This document shows, one piece after another, positions 17,684 through 28,714 of a stretch of DNA of 64,000 nucleotides. The position numbers were made by a program, and so were the translations under genes. The stretch comes from Nitrospirota bacterium (GTDB lineage Bacteria > Nitrospirota > UBA9217). Below the pieces are notes generated by a model, which made no database searches, was not told the origin of the DNA, and was given only the letters and a program-made list of their open reading frames with translations. The stretch is taken from positions 416,001 through 480,000 of the forward strand of contig CAVWHO010000016.1 in assembly GCA_963754875.1 (NCBI GenBank), given 5' to 3'. The first letter of the stretch is position 1, and each line of letters begins with the position of its first letter.

Positions 17684-18706
17684 TCACGATGCGGAGATAT
17701 GAATGGTAAAGACGGAACCTTTACCCGGTGCGGTCTGAACTTCTATTTTCCCCCCGCAGGCATCCACCAGCTCCTTCACGATGGTAAGGCCCATGCCGAT
17801 GCCGATGCCCGTTCCCCGGAAAAACCGTTCATAAATATGGGAGAGATGCTTTGCCCTGATCCCGGTCCCTGTGTCGGCAACCGAGAAAACGACTTGGTCG
17901 CCTTTCCGCGCAACGCTCAGGGCCACGGTCCCGGCATTCTTCACGGCCTTGGCGGCATTGTCCGTGAGGTTTTCCATGATTGTCCTGAGACATTCCGGAT
18001 CGGCAGTCATGGTAAGGCCCGGCTCGCATGCAAGCGTGAACGTTACGTCCCTGCCCTGCGCCGTGTTACGGGTCTTGTCCAGTACGGCCTTGAGCAGCGG
18101 CTCCAGTTCAAGGGATTCCTTCCGGAGCGAGCGTGCGAGCGCCTGGGCCTGCGACAACTGTTCCATCCCGTCGATGATCTTCTTGAGCCTGTCCGTTTCT
18201 TCAAAGAGGGACTGCATGTGCTCCTTGCCCACGGGGTCTTCATCTTCGATCATGTCTTCCAGCTCTTCCTCTATCGCGCCGACGGATGTCCGTAATTCCC
18301 CGGCCGTATCCGAGAGGAGTTGCGCGGACATGTCCGGCTGCATTTCGGAAGTGTCCTGCTGTTCAGGCTTTCCCGTTGCCTCGACTGAGTGAGCCGCGTC
18401 CGGCACGTGCGGCTTCGGGCCTTTCTGTCGAGAACGGGGCTGGACGGCAGCGGGCGATGAAACAGAACTGTTCAAGGTTCGGGAAAGGACAACGAGAAGA
18501 GTAAGCGCAAGTCCGGCAAGGAGGGCGAACGAGATCATGAGGAGGATGCCCGACCGTCCATTGAAAAATGCTTCCTGACCCTGTTGTCCGAAATCCCGCA
18601 TAGTCATGGCGCCCAGAAAAAGCGACGTTGACAGCGCGATGAGCGCACCGCCAATAAACAGGATACCGTTCTTGGACCGGGAATTGTTAGGCATACTACT
18701 TCTCAT
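17684..18706 (-). CDS. membrane sensor histidine kinase-like protein (HATPase_c) lacking the H-box His
   Basis: N box ENLTDNA, G1 DTGTGI, F box ERFFRG, G2 GIGMGL; H-box reads AGELRTSV. Confidence 0.8.
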   Translation of the reverse strand: MRSSMPNNSRSKNGILFIGGALIALSTSLFLGAMTMRDFGQQGQEAFFNGRSGILLMISFALLAGLALTLLVVLSRTLNSSVSSPAAVQPRSRQKGPKPHVPDAAHSVEATGKPEQQDTSEMQPDMSAQLLSDTAGELRTSVGAIEEELEDMIEDEDPVGKEHMQSLFEETDRLKKIIDGMEQLSQAQALARSLRKESLELEPLLKAVLDKTRNTAQGRDVTFTLACEPGLTMTADPECLRTIMENLTDNAAKAVKNAGTVALSVARKGDQVVFSVADTGTGIRAKHLSHIYERFFRGTGIGIGMGLTIVKELVDACGGKIEVQTAPGKGSVFTIHISAS

Positions 18707-18920
18707 AAATTAGGATCGCTTTCATGGTACCCGAGGGAACGAGAGTGACTGTATCAAAATCTTCACGTAGTTTCAAGTGATTTATATCGCCACGGCGATG
18801 CCTTATGGATGAAGAGAATCGCATTGCCTGTGGCCGCAGACTTCAGCCCGCGCAGATCATTTCAGGCAGGGATTGCCGATAAAATTAAACCATGTATGCT
18901 TCACAGCCCAAACCTATGGG

Positions 18921-19178
18921 CTAGGGGCGTTTTAACCGCTTTTCTGTTTTTTCCAATGCATTCCTTCTGTACTTCACGTACAGGTCCTCCACTTTCGTTC
19001 TCGCCCACGGGGTCCTTCTCAGGAAGTGCAAACTGGACTTGATGCTCGGGTCATTATTAAAGCATCTGATTTCGATGATCTGCCCCAGTTTCTCCCACCC
19101 GTGGTGCTCCACCAGCCGAGTAAGAATCATTTCCAGCGTTACGCCGTGAAGAGGATCTTTCTGTTGTTGCCCGCTCAT
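18921..19178 (-). CDS. VF530/DUF2132 family protein
   Basis: [35 protein letters not shown]. Confidence 0.88.
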   Translation of the reverse strand: MSGQQQKDPLHGVTLEMILTRLVEHHGWEKLGQIIEIRCFNNDPSIKSSLHFLRRTPWARTKVEDLYVKYRRNALEKTEKRLKRP

Positions 19179-19210
19179 ATCCGTCTAACCCCTCTATTTC
19201 GCCATCAAAA

Positions 19211-20350
19211 TTATTCTCTTTCATTGCCTGTTAAGCAAACTGCAGCCGTCCACAACCGCTTTACCCCCGTCTCTTTCCCTGCCTTATACCTTTTTCGTTC
19301 ATCGATCAGATCTTCGAAGCCGACAACATCTCCGCGCTGCAGGCTGTTGAAGGCCTCGTTCTGTACTGTCGCATCTTTGTCTTGTCTCGTGATAAGCCGT
19401 CTTCCCGCCTCGCCGCAGATATAGAACTCCATCTTCCCTTTCGAAACCAGGGGCTCGCTCACTACGCGAAACGCGTTTTCTTTGTACAACGCGGTAAGAG
19501 ACCGGCTGTCTTTCCTCAAAATAAGATAGGAAAACTTGAGCGAGTCTTTCCGAAGTCCCGTGAGCTTGTCCAGTTCCTGAATTTCGGCCGGCGGGTCCCA
19601 GGCCAGGTCTTCATGGCACCAGTCTTTAGGGTTCACGAGAGCAGGGCATTCGGCATGACAAAAGCAGGGAGCGTAGATGTGGAAACCCTGCTTCAGCAAG
19701 CCGTCCCTGACCTCAAGCAGTTCCCGTGACGTTTCGCGCAAAGCCGGTTCAATAATGATGCAGCTGCCGTCATCGGAAAGAAACCGGTTCAGGAACTCCG
19801 CCACAAGCACGGCCCGCCTGGCGATCCGGGCCTCTTCGTGGATGAATATTTCATTCAGCACATTTGAGAAGATGATCAGATCGAAGGTGGCCTCCGGAAG
19901 GTGCAGTGCCTGCTCGACGGCTGATCGGACGGTCTTTAAGGACACATCGAGCTTGCTCGTACTCTTGAATGCAGTAAAGAGTCCCTTGGCCATTTGCAGG
20001 TTCTCGGCAACGTGGTCAACAGCGGTGAACTCGATCCGGGGATGCTTCTTCCCTGTCGCAAAAAACTCCAGCGCGCCGAGCATCGCCGTCCCCGGGCCGC
20101 ATCCGAGGTCGAGGACCCGAAGCGTGTCTTTTCCGAGCAGGTCGCCGGGATGAAGAGTAAGCTCCACGAGGGGCGTCTGAATTTTCCGGAGGTTCGGGGG
20201 CAGATAGTAAGCCTCGTAGGCTTCCCTGAGTCCTTTGTCCTTCAAGTATGTCGCAGGCAGCCTATCGCGCTCGCGAGTCAGAAGTTCCGACAGCCGCGCG
20301 ACGTTGGCAGCCAGGGTTTTCAATTCGGCATGAGACAGTGTGCGTTTCAT
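19211..20350 (-). CDS. Rsm22-like SAM-dependent methyltransferase
   Basis: Y.AYYLP, LDLGCGPGT, IIEP, APC.H..CP, DWCH, FSYL. Confidence 0.8.
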   Translation of the reverse strand: MKRTLSHAELKTLAANVARLSELLTRERDRLPATYLKDKGLREAYEAYYLPPNLRKIQTPLVELTLHPGDLLGKDTLRVLDLGCGPGTAMLGALEFFATGKKHPRIEFTAVDHVAENLQMAKGLFTAFKSTSKLDVSLKTVRSAVEQALHLPEATFDLIIFSNVLNEIFIHEEARIARRAVLVAEFLNRFLSDDGSCIIIEPALRETSRELLEVRDGLLKQGFHIYAPCFCHAECPALVNPKDWCHEDLAWDPPAEIQELDKLTGLRKDSLKFSYLILRKDSRSLTALYKENAFRVVSEPLVSKGKMEFYICGEAGRRLITRQDKDATVQNEAFNSLQRGDVVGFEDLIDERKRYKAGKETGVKRLWTAAVCLTGNERE

Positions 20351-20486
20351 CGTCTTGTTGTTATACCATTTTTCCTTGAAGAATGTAAGTTCTGCTGAGA
20401 GAGCTCGGGAAGGATGATGAATCGACCTTTTTTATCCAAAAGTGGCTGCTCAAGACCATAATTGTCAACTGGCCCGAATAAACAAA

Positions 20487-20514
20487 TTGACAATTTTTCT
20501 TCATGATGTAGAAT
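20487..20514 (+). promoter_or_regulatory. sigma-70 promoter
   Basis: TTGACA-16-TAGAAT upstream of the GGDEF/EAL gene. Confidence 0.6.
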
Positions 20515-20596
20515 TAAACGTGATATCTATTGATGGGCCGCTGGGCGACCACGCGTGTTCAGCGTTCAGTGCACGTTTCGTGCGAGTAAAGTCTTC

Positions 20597-23293
20597 ATGA
20601 GTCTGACCATCGGGAAAAAACTAACCCTCGTTCTTGCGTTGGGAGTGCTCTCCCTTGCGAGCATCGGCTATTTGCTGTATTCCGATGCTACGCTCCGTAC
20701 TGCCCTCAGCAGCCCCGGCACACCGGACCAGACCCTTCTCAAAGCGATCAACGGCCTGCGCGCCGGTCTTAAGGATGTGGAGACCACTGAGCTCAGATAC
20801 GCGCTGTCCGGCGACCCGAAGATCCTTACCGCCTATAACAAAGCCTCGTCTGCAATTCGGCATTTTACCTCAGACCTGAGCGAGCTTTCCCCCAATGAGA
20901 CGGAACGCAAGCAAAACCTCGCCTCCCTGAAATCCCTTATTGCTGAAAGATTGACCGTCACCGACCAGATAATCGCCGCTCGCAACAGGGGAGGATGGAA
21001 GGCGGCCGAGAAACTGGTACGCACCGGTTCCGGCAAGCCGACGTCGGAGAGGATTGAAGCAGTGCTGGCCGGCCTGGAGCAGGATGGCTTCCGGGCGAAC
21101 GTTTTTCAGGGCAAGGTCCTCGCCCAGAGTTTTCAGAACGGCGTGGTGCTCCTCATCGCGGGCTATCTCGCGGTTTTTGTCCTGCTCCTCCTCGCCGTTG
21201 CCATCGTCGGCCGGGAGTTTGCACGCCGCAGGAACATCGCCCAAAGCCTGCTCGAACTCAGGGAACGGAACCGGCTGTTCACCGAGGGACTGAAGGACGC
21301 GGCCCTGTTCATGCTCGAAACCGACGGCACGATCTCCCACTGGAATGCCGCAGCGGAGCGGCTCCAGGGATTTTCGAAGCATGAAATCGAAGGGCGGCAT
21401 TTTTCCACGCTCTTCCCGGAGGAAGACAACCGGCACGATAAAGCCGAGCACTGGTTGAAGCTGGCCGAAGCCGACGGCCGGTATGAGCAGGTCGGGTGGC
21501 GGCTCCGGAAGGACGGCTCCCTGTTCCAGGCCCGCACCGTCATCTCGCCGGTCAAGGGCAGGAAGGGCGCGCTGCAGGGGTATTCCGTTGTAACCCGCGA
21601 CATCACGGAGCTGAAACGGAACGAAGAGCTGCTGAAAAAACTTTCGCTCACCGTAGACCAGGCAGCCGACGTGGTCATCATTACGAACCGGGACGGCAAA
21701 GTGGAATTCATGAACAAGGCCGTCCAGGAAGTCACCGGCTTTACACGCGAGGAAGTCACGGCCCGAGGCATAGGTTTGCTGCAGAACCACAAGCAGGACG
21801 AGAACGTATTCCACAAAATGTGGGACACCGTTCTTTCCGGAAAATCCTTCACCGCGGAAGTGAACACGGCAAAAAAGAACGGAGATCTGCTTTACCTCGA
21901 AGAGGTCGTCACCCCTATTAAAGACGACCGCGGCAAGGTCACCCACGTGGTCTTAACCGGCACCGATGTCACGCCGATCAAGCTCATGCGGAACAAACTC
22001 GACTTTCTCGCATCCTATGATTCTCTCACGGGCCTTCCCAACCGCGATCTCATGACCGATCGGCTGTGCCGGGACGTGGAGCGCTGCGCGGCAAAAGACG
22101 CCGGTAAACGGGGGACCATCGCCGTCGTGGCCATCGACATCGACCGGTTCAAGTACATCAACGAGATCTACGGCCTGGAGTCGGGCAACAAGGTGCTGAA
22201 GCAGGTGGCGGAAAGCCTCTCCGTCTCGGTAAGCAAGGGAGACACCGTTGGTCGGCTCGGCAGCGACGAGTTCGGCATGGTGCTCCATGACATCAGACAG
22301 CCCGCTGACGTGGTCCTCTTCGTGAAAATGATCATGAAAAACGTGCCGCAGATCATCATGTCCGGCGGAGAGGAAATTTCCGTGACCCTTGCCGCCGGGA
22401 TCGCGATGTACCCCGCCGACGGCCGGGATGCCCCGACGCTCATGAAGAACGCGGACACCGCCCTTTCCAAGGCAAAGGGCCTGGGCAGAAACCGCTACCA
22501 GTTCTACACGTCCGACATGAATGTGGGCATTTCGGAGCTCGTTTTCATGGAGCAGCGCCTCTCCGAGGCGCTCAAGAACACGGAGTACCTTCTTACGTTC
22601 CAGCCTTACTGCAACCTGTCCACGCGCACCGTGGCCGGCGCTGAGGCCCTGCTCAAGTGGAACAACGAGGAGTTCGGTCAGGTCTCGCCGTCGAAGTTCA
22701 TTCCCCTGCTCGAGGAAACGGGCATGATCATCGACGTCGGCAAATGGGTGCTCACCACAGCGTGCCGGCAGATCAAAAAATGGACGAACGGGAAGGCTTC
22801 GCTCCCAATAGCAGTCAACCTTTCTCCTTCCCAGTTCCGGCACGAGTACCTCGTGGAGACCGTCGAGAGCATCATACGGGAGACCGGCATCGACCCTCGC
22901 CGCCTGACCCTCGAAATCACCGAGAGCACCTTCATGAAGGACCAGGATTTCGCCATCACGGTGCTCAATCGGCTCAAGGACCTCGGCGTCCTGATCTCCA
23001 TCGACGACTTCGGGACCGGCTACTCGTCCCTCAGTTATCTGAAAAAATTCCCTGTGGATTATGTCAAGATCGACCAGTCCTTTGTCAAGGACGTGGACAC
23101 CGATCCCGACACCACCTCGCTCGTCACTGCCATCATCGCCATGGCCCATAGCCTCGGCCTCAAGACCATTGCCGAAGGCGTGGAGACGGAGGAACAGTGG
23201 AAGATCCTGCGGCTCCTCAAGTGCGACATGGCCCAGGGCTACTACTTCAGCCCTGCAGTGTCTGCTCAGGATTTTGAGAAGTTCATGGTCTAA
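20597..23293 (+). CDS. CHASE3-PAS-PAS-GGDEF-EAL c-di-GMP enzyme
   Basis: Two TM around a CHASE3-like domain; PAS/PAC RKDGS; YDSLTGLPNR, GSDEF; EALL, DDFGTGYSS, KIDQSF, AEGVE. Confidence 0.9.
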   Translation: MSLTIGKKLTLVLALGVLSLASIGYLLYSDATLRTALSSPGTPDQTLLKAINGLRAGLKDVETTELRYALSGDPKILTAYNKASSAIRHFTSDLSELSPNETERKQNLASLKSLIAERLTVTDQIIAARNRGGWKAAEKLVRTGSGKPTSERIEAVLAGLEQDGFRANVFQGKVLAQSFQNGVVLLIAGYLAVFVLLLLAVAIVGREFARRRNIAQSLLELRERNRLFTEGLKDAALFMLETDGTISHWNAAAERLQGFSKHEIEGRHFSTLFPEEDNRHDKAEHWLKLAEADGRYEQVGWRLRKDGSLFQARTVISPVKGRKGALQGYSVVTRDITELKRNEELLKKLSLTVDQAADVVIITNRDGKVEFMNKAVQEVTGFTREEVTARGIGLLQNHKQDENVFHKMWDTVLSGKSFTAEVNTAKKNGDLLYLEEVVTPIKDDRGKVTHVVLTGTDVTPIKLMRNKLDFLASYDSLTGLPNRDLMTDRLCRDVERCAAKDAGKRGTIAVVAIDIDRFKYINEIYGLESGNKVLKQVAESLSVSVSKGDTVGRLGSDEFGMVLHDIRQPADVVLFVKMIMKNVPQIIMSGGEEISVTLAAGIAMYPADGRDAPTLMKNADTALSKAKGLGRNRYQFYTSDMNVGISELVFMEQRLSEALKNTEYLLTFQPYCNLSTRTVAGAEALLKWNNEEFGQVSPSKFIPLLEETGMIIDVGKWVLTTACRQIKKWTNGKASLPIAVNLSPSQFRHEYLVETVESIIRETGIDPRRLTLEITESTFMKDQDFAITVLNRLKDLGVLISIDDFGTGYSSLSYLKKFPVDYVKIDQSFVKDVDTDPDTTSLVTAIIAMAHSLGLKTIAEGVETEEQWKILRLLKCDMAQGYYFSPAVSAQDFEKFMV

Positions 23294-23574
23294 CCCCGCA
23301 GACATCCTCTCTTTGCACGCGTCTTCTAGGTAATATTTTTTAACTTGATAATCATGTAAAGGGCCCCGAGCAATTCCCTGCATCTTGCCGCGGGGTCACC
23401 GACGGTCCTTCCTCCTTGGCGGGAGATTAGGGGGGGGTGATGAGCATGAGCGCCGGATACTCCACCCTCAGTCTCCTCCTGTATCGAAGAGCGGGGCGCA
23501 TGATTTAGGCCTTTTTTCCATTTGCCGTCAGGGAAATCTGCGCCTATAATCAAAAGAAAGGCCGACAACACGAT

Positions 23575-26500
23575 ATGCGTCTTCGAAAAAAAATAGTGCT
23601 CTCGCTGGTGGCGGTTCTCTGCACCCTCCTTACCCTTCTGGCGGCCGCAATTTTCCTGGCGCCTGCCTATCTCAATTCAACGGCAATAAAAGCAAAGATC
23701 GAAACCGCAATTTCCCGGGAACTCGGCGGGACCGTGCAGTATCAGCAGCTGGACATCTCTATCTTTCCGCGGCCCCATGTCGTATTTCATGAAACCCATG
23801 TCTCCATTCCCAAAACCGCCAGGGGGACCCTGAAGTTCATAAGTATTTACCCCCAGATCATCCCTCTCGTAAAAGGGAACCTCTTCGTTTCCCGGATCCT
23901 GGTCCGGGAACCGGACCTTACGGTCGCGCTGCCGGAGACTGTCAGTGAAGTCAAACCTGAGTCGCTCTCTCTGCCTGAAGTGAAGAAGAACATCCGGCTC
24001 ATGCTCGGCTATCTCCAGGCGATCGGACCGGGCCTGGTCGTGGAAATGGACAAGGGGACGCTTGTCCTCCGGAGAAAGGGGCATCTTTTTCTTTTACTGC
24101 GGGATGCAGCCGTACGGTTCAATGCCCCGCCCGGCCCCATGGACATCACGCTCAAGGCCGTCACGGAACCGTGGGGGGCCTTCTCGATGACCGGGAAATA
24201 TTCTTTTGATGAAGAAAAATCGGAGGTCAAGGGCCTTTCCGTATCCATGGGACGTTCCTCGATATCCGATTTTTCCGCCAGCCTTGCATGGAAGGACGTT
24301 CCTTATCTTAAAATCGCCTCCGGGAAAGCCACGTTCGCGCTCGATGAGATGTACCAGTGGTTATCGTCATCGGAAACGCTCACCTCTTATCTGGAAAACG
24401 TGAGATCATTGTCAGGGGTCGTCACCGTATCATCCATGCAGGCCGGCGTCCCCCTCTATCAGCTTGCGGCATCCCGCCTGAAGATAACCGGCGAGGCTGA
24501 CAATGTCGTTCTTGATTGGGCACTCCTTCCTGTTCCGCTGACAACAACCAGCAGGTTTATCATAGAGGAGAATAAAGTGACCGTGGCCGATTTCTCCGCA
24601 CGCATGGGTAAGTCGTCCCTTTCCCGTGTCTCTGCCTACATCACAGAAAGAAAAAAGCCGGTCTTCGGGCTCCTGAGCGGGAGAGCCGTGATCAATCTCT
24701 CCGAAATTTTTCAATGGCGCACCAGGTACGAAGCTTTACAGGACAGCCTAAAGACCGTGAAAAACCTTTCCGGCATCGTCAGGTTATCGTCCTTGAATTT
24801 CGGAGGGCCGCTTTTCGAGCCCGCTCTGTGGCACAGGTCTGCTGCCGGAAGCGTCGAACAGATGACGATCGATTCGCCCTTCCTGCCCGGGACGTTTTCC
24901 GCTTCACAGGGAAACTTCAGCCTCGTCTCGAATAAACTTACGCTGGCCGATGTACAAGCCGCGATCCTCGACACGAGGGTCACCGGCCCGGCTGCAATGA
25001 GCGGAGACGGTGAAGGCATACACGCAATCGACCTTACGTTTACGGGGACCGCAGGAAAAGAAAGCATTCAGTGGGCTTTTACCCGGTTTGCCCTGCCGGC
25101 TGAATTCATGATCAACGCTCCGCTGGCTTTTACGAATTCGCACCTGGCGTGGCAGGAGAAGGCGGGCACAACATTCTCGGGCAGAATAATGGTTGGGAAC
25201 GGTCCTCTGCTTTCCCTTGACCTTTCGAAAACCGAGACGGAGCTGGCGGTCCGGCGTGCCACCATCAAGGACCAGGACACGAACGCAACGGTTGCTGTCC
25301 GACAGAGCGAGAACATGACGGACGTGTCCTTCTCCGGCAAATTAGCCCAGACGACTTTGAACAGGATCTTCGAGCAAGGGACTTTCGGCAAAGGCAAAAT
25401 AAACGGGGACCTCCGTACCACTCTTCACCGGGACCGGCCATTGGACTCCACGGCACAGGGGACGCTCAGCGGTGACGATATCGTCATTCCCTGGGGTCTG
25501 GCTGTCCCGCTGACGATAGACAACGTTTCTCTCCGCGCTGATAAGAACGTTCTCACTATCGATTCGGCTGCTCTCACGTGGGGCAACAGCCATTACGCAG
25601 TAAACGGCGAAGTGACAGCAACCGATTCCGGTCTCGTCCTTGACATGGATCTCGGCGCGGACAACATCGCCGTGAGCGCGATACAGCAGGCCCTGTCCGG
25701 ACCCGGCAAGGAAAGCTCGGGCCAAAAAACACGTCCTTCCCGCATGCCCCCCTTTCTCGGCGTTGTCCGCGTCAACTCGTTGTCCCTCTTGTTCGGCAAG
25801 TATACCTTCAGCCCTGCAAAGGCTGTTGTGACGCTCAGTCCTCACCAGGTGAGCATGGCCTTCACCGAGGCCAAGACCTGCGGCATTTCTATCCTCGGTA
25901 CGCTTGCCTTTTCCGGCGCCGACGTTAATTTTGATTTCAAACCTGCGTCCGCAAAACAACCCCTTGAATCCACCCTGGATTGTCTGGCCGGCAAGGATGT
26001 CCGTATTACCGGGACCTTTGATCTGAGTGGGAACATTCGTGCGCAAGGAAAGAGCGGAACGTTGGTCAAGTCACTTGAGGGAAAGGTCGACTTCACGTCG
26101 AAGGACGGCAAAATTTATCACTATCCTGTGCTCGCCAAAATCTTTTCGGTCCTGAGTGTTCTTGAGATCTTCCGGGGCAGGCTCCCCGAGCTCGGAGGAA
26201 ATGGATTTCCTTATCATGCCATGGCCGTGAAAGGAAAAATACATGAGGGGAAATTTCTATTAGAGAAAGCGTACATCGGCGGCAAGTCCCTCGACATTAT
26301 TGCCGAAGGTGAGGTTGATCTGGCTGCGCAGAAACTGGATCTTGTCGTGCTCGTTGCGCCGTTCTCGACCATCAACTGGATCATCAGGCATATCCCGCTC
26401 GTGAGCTCAATCATGGGCGGGACCTTGGTCTCGGTCCCGGTCAAGGTCTCAGGCGACCCGTCGAATCCCGATGTCACCTTCCTGGCCCCTTCGGCAGTCG

Positions 26501-26595
26501 GCAGGCGGCTCCTGGACCTTCTGGAAAATATTCTGGAGCTCCCCGTCAAGATCATCGAACCGATCCTGCCGAAGGATAAGGAAAAACAGGAATGA
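23575..26595 (+). CDS. AsmA-like (YhdP/DUF3971-type) envelope protein
   Basis: N-terminal TM anchor, long beta-rich body, C-terminal G.VDL..LDL.VLVAP..IPLV..V.V.G..NP; TTGCCG-17-TATAAT promoter upstream. Confidence 0.75.
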   Translation: MRLRKKIVLSLVAVLCTLLTLLAAAIFLAPAYLNSTAIKAKIETAISRELGGTVQYQQLDISIFPRPHVVFHETHVSIPKTARGTLKFISIYPQIIPLVKGNLFVSRILVREPDLTVALPETVSEVKPESLSLPEVKKNIRLMLGYLQAIGPGLVVEMDKGTLVLRRKGHLFLLLRDAAVRFNAPPGPMDITLKAVTEPWGAFSMTGKYSFDEEKSEVKGLSVSMGRSSISDFSASLAWKDVPYLKIASGKATFALDEMYQWLSSSETLTSYLENVRSLSGVVTVSSMQAGVPLYQLAASRLKITGEADNVVLDWALLPVPLTTTSRFIIEENKVTVADFSARMGKSSLSRVSAYITERKKPVFGLLSGRAVINLSEIFQWRTRYEALQDSLKTVKNLSGIVRLSSLNFGGPLFEPALWHRSAAGSVEQMTIDSPFLPGTFSASQGNFSLVSNKLTLADVQAAILDTRVTGPAAMSGDGEGIHAIDLTFTGTAGKESIQWAFTRFALPAEFMINAPLAFTNSHLAWQEKAGTTFSGRIMVGNGPLLSLDLSKTETELAVRRATIKDQDTNATVAVRQSENMTDVSFSGKLAQTTLNRIFEQGTFGKGKINGDLRTTLHRDRPLDSTAQGTLSGDDIVIPWGLAVPLTIDNVSLRADKNVLTIDSAALTWGNSHYAVNGEVTATDSGLVLDMDLGADNIAVSAIQQALSGPGKESSGQKTRPSRMPPFLGVVRVNSLSLLFGKYTFSPAKAVVTLSPHQVSMAFTEAKTCGISILGTLAFSGADVNFDFKPASAKQPLESTLDCLAGKDVRITGTFDLSGNIRAQGKSGTLVKSLEGKVDFTSKDGKIYHYPVLAKIFSVLSVLEIFRGRLPELGGNGFPYHAMAVKGKIHEGKFLLEKAYIGGKSLDIIAEGEVDLAAQKLDLVVLVAPFSTINWIIRHIPLVSSIMGGTLVSVPVKVSGDPSNPDVTFLAPSAVGRRLLDLLENILELPVKIIEPILPKDKEKQE

Positions 26596-26772
26596 TGAAA
26601 CACCTTTCAGGAGAAAGGGAGAAAAAAGATGGGGAAATGGGGAGAACACCTTTTTGAGGCTTGCTCTCCCTTTCGCACTTCACTTCCCCCTTTCCCCTGC
26701 TAAGGTTTAGTCAGTTTGATTTAATTTTTTGATTTATCCGTGTCCATCTGTGGTTAACTGAGTCTTCCGGGT

Positions 26773-28533
26773 TCACTCAAACTCCGGCATCCTCAAAACA
26801 TCAGAGCGTGATGAGAGCCCGAGCGATTCCAGAGTTTTGATGATTGGCTGCACATCCTCCAGTGTCTGTGCAAGGGCGCTGACACTCTCGTCTTCTCCTG
26901 CAACGTGTTTCAGTTCCGAAATCAGCTTGAACAGCGTTTTCTTTTCAGGATAGACCTTCAGCCGGATTGGCGCGTTGTCGGGGAGTTTGGCCGCTTTGCG
27001 CACAAGCCGCAATGCTGCCGGGAAACCGCCGAGTTCGTCCACGAGGCCCAGTTTCTTCCCGTCATCTCCGGACCAGATCCTCCCTTTCGCGATCTTCTCT
27101 ACCGCTTCTATCGGAAGGTTCCTGCCCTGGCTTACCTTGGACGTGAAATCCGCGTACACGCGGTCGAGCCATGCTTCCATGCGCGCCCGCTGCGCAGGGG
27201 TCAGGTCCTTGGCCTGGGTCCAGGCATCGGCGTTCTTGCTCGTGTGGACTTCATCCCAGGACACGCCGAGCTTGTTCCAGAAGCCGGTGGTCACCATCTT
27301 CCCGCCGAACACGCCGATGGAGCCGGTGATCGTCGAGGGCTGGGCCACGATCTTGTCCGCGGCCATGGCCACGAAATACCCGCCCGATCCTGCAACACTT
27401 CCCATGGACGCAATGACCGGCTTGCCTGCTTTTTTAGCTTTCACAATCTCCCGCCAGATCGTATCCGACGCAACGTAGGAACCGCCGGGGCTGTCGATCC
27501 GGAACAGGATGGCCTTGACGCTCTTGTCCTCCACAGCCTGCCGGATCGCGTCCGCGATCGTGTCGGACCCCATCATGAGCTCGCCCGTGGCAGGATTGTA
27601 TCCGCTCTTGCCGCGCTCGATGCCGCCCACGCCGTAGATGAGGGCGACAGTCGTCCCCTTCTCGTTCGGACCTCCTGCCCGCTTCCGGTAGTCAGCAAGC
27701 GAGAGAAAGTCCTCTTTCACTCCCGCCTTTTCCTTGATCTTGTCGTAGACCTCATCCCGGTAGGCAAGACCGTCAACAAGTTTCGCATCAGCCGCTTCCT
27801 GACCGAGGAACGGCCCCTTGTTGATAAGCGCGCGGACTTCATCTTCCGTAAGCTTCCGCGATTCCGCGATCCCTTTAACGATCTGGCTGAACTGCGAATC
27901 CATCACCGCCGTGATCGCTTCGCGGTGCGGAGCTATATATTTCCGCTCCGTGAACATGTAGCGGAAGCTCTTATATTCCTTGCGGCCGTCGATACGCGGC
28001 ACGATGCCGAGCTTGTCGAGCGTGCCCTTGATAAAGGGCTGTTCGTAGATGAGCCCCGTGAGTCCCAGGTCGCCCGAGGGCTGCAGATAGATCGTGTCGA
28101 AGGCTGTCGCGAGATAGTACGAAACATTTCCCGGCCCGAACTCGCCGAAGGTTTCTGCATATGCGATCGCAGGTTTACCCGATTTGCGGAACGAGATGAC
28201 AGCATCTCGAATCTCCTGCACCTGCGCAAGCCGCATGTTCGATTGGCCGATCCTTGCCACCAGTCCCTTGACCCGATCGTCTGTTGTCGCTTTCTGCAGC
28301 GTTTCCACGACGTCGCGAAGGTTGAGCCTCTTCGCCATCAGCACTCGGCCGAGGGTATCGTCAGGAACGATTTCGACCACGCCTTGCTCGAAGTCCGCTT
28401 CCAGGACCACGCGTTTCGGGACGCGATTGGCGAACAGCCAGTAATACAGGCCGATCGCGATGCCGGCGATAACAAAAATGGTGAAGATTGCCGAGCATAC
28501 GCCCGGTCCGCGCCTATGATCATCATGGTACAT
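26773..28533 (-). CDS. sppA: signal peptide peptidase SppA (67K type)
   Basis: RIDSPGGS, AGSGGY, TITGSIGV, GLVDELG; tandem S49 domains; AAGGAG SD. Confidence 0.92.
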   Translation of the reverse strand: MYHDDHRRGPGVCSAIFTIFVIAGIAIGLYYWLFANRVPKRVVLEADFEQGVVEIVPDDTLGRVLMAKRLNLRDVVETLQKATTDDRVKGLVARIGQSNMRLAQVQEIRDAVISFRKSGKPAIAYAETFGEFGPGNVSYYLATAFDTIYLQPSGDLGLTGLIYEQPFIKGTLDKLGIVPRIDGRKEYKSFRYMFTERKYIAPHREAITAVMDSQFSQIVKGIAESRKLTEDEVRALINKGPFLGQEAADAKLVDGLAYRDEVYDKIKEKAGVKEDFLSLADYRKRAGGPNEKGTTVALIYGVGGIERGKSGYNPATGELMMGSDTIADAIRQAVEDKSVKAILFRIDSPGGSYVASDTIWREIVKAKKAGKPVIASMGSVAGSGGYFVAMAADKIVAQPSTITGSIGVFGGKMVTTGFWNKLGVSWDEVHTSKNADAWTQAKDLTPAQRARMEAWLDRVYADFTSKVSQGRNLPIEAVEKIAKGRIWSGDDGKKLGLVDELGGFPAALRLVRKAAKLPDNAPIRLKVYPEKKTLFKLISELKHVAGEDESVSALAQTLEDVQPIIKTLESLGLSSRSDVLRMPEFE

Positions 28534-28580
28534 AGAAAGGCTCCTTTTCACGTCAAAGTTGAAATACGTTATTTACTTGA

Positions 28581-28714
28581 TGCAGTTTTGTAGGTTGGGC
28601 TACGCATCACAGCCCAACATCTTTTGGATTCTGTTGGGCAAAGAAAAAAATTTTGCCCAACCTACCGGCTAGGGGACTCTCCAAAAGGAATACGATTCAT
28701 ATATGACACCTAAC
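28581..28714. repeat. 134-bp direct repeat copy 1 containing a GTAG-type REP doublet
   Basis: Near-identical to 32767-32900; GTAGGTTGGGC..GCCCAAC / GTTGGGC..GCCCAACCTAC. Confidence 0.9.

Noticed and set aside
20870..23383. 358-aa and 476-aa minus-strand ORFs
   Set aside because: Antisense shadows of the GGDEF/EAL gene
23294..23520. Structured RNA in the intergenic region
   Set aside because: GC-rich stems are present but I recognise no family or consistent fold
26905..28593. 562-aa plus-strand ORF
   Set aside because: Antisense shadow of sppA produced by GC-rich codon bias; no protein motifs
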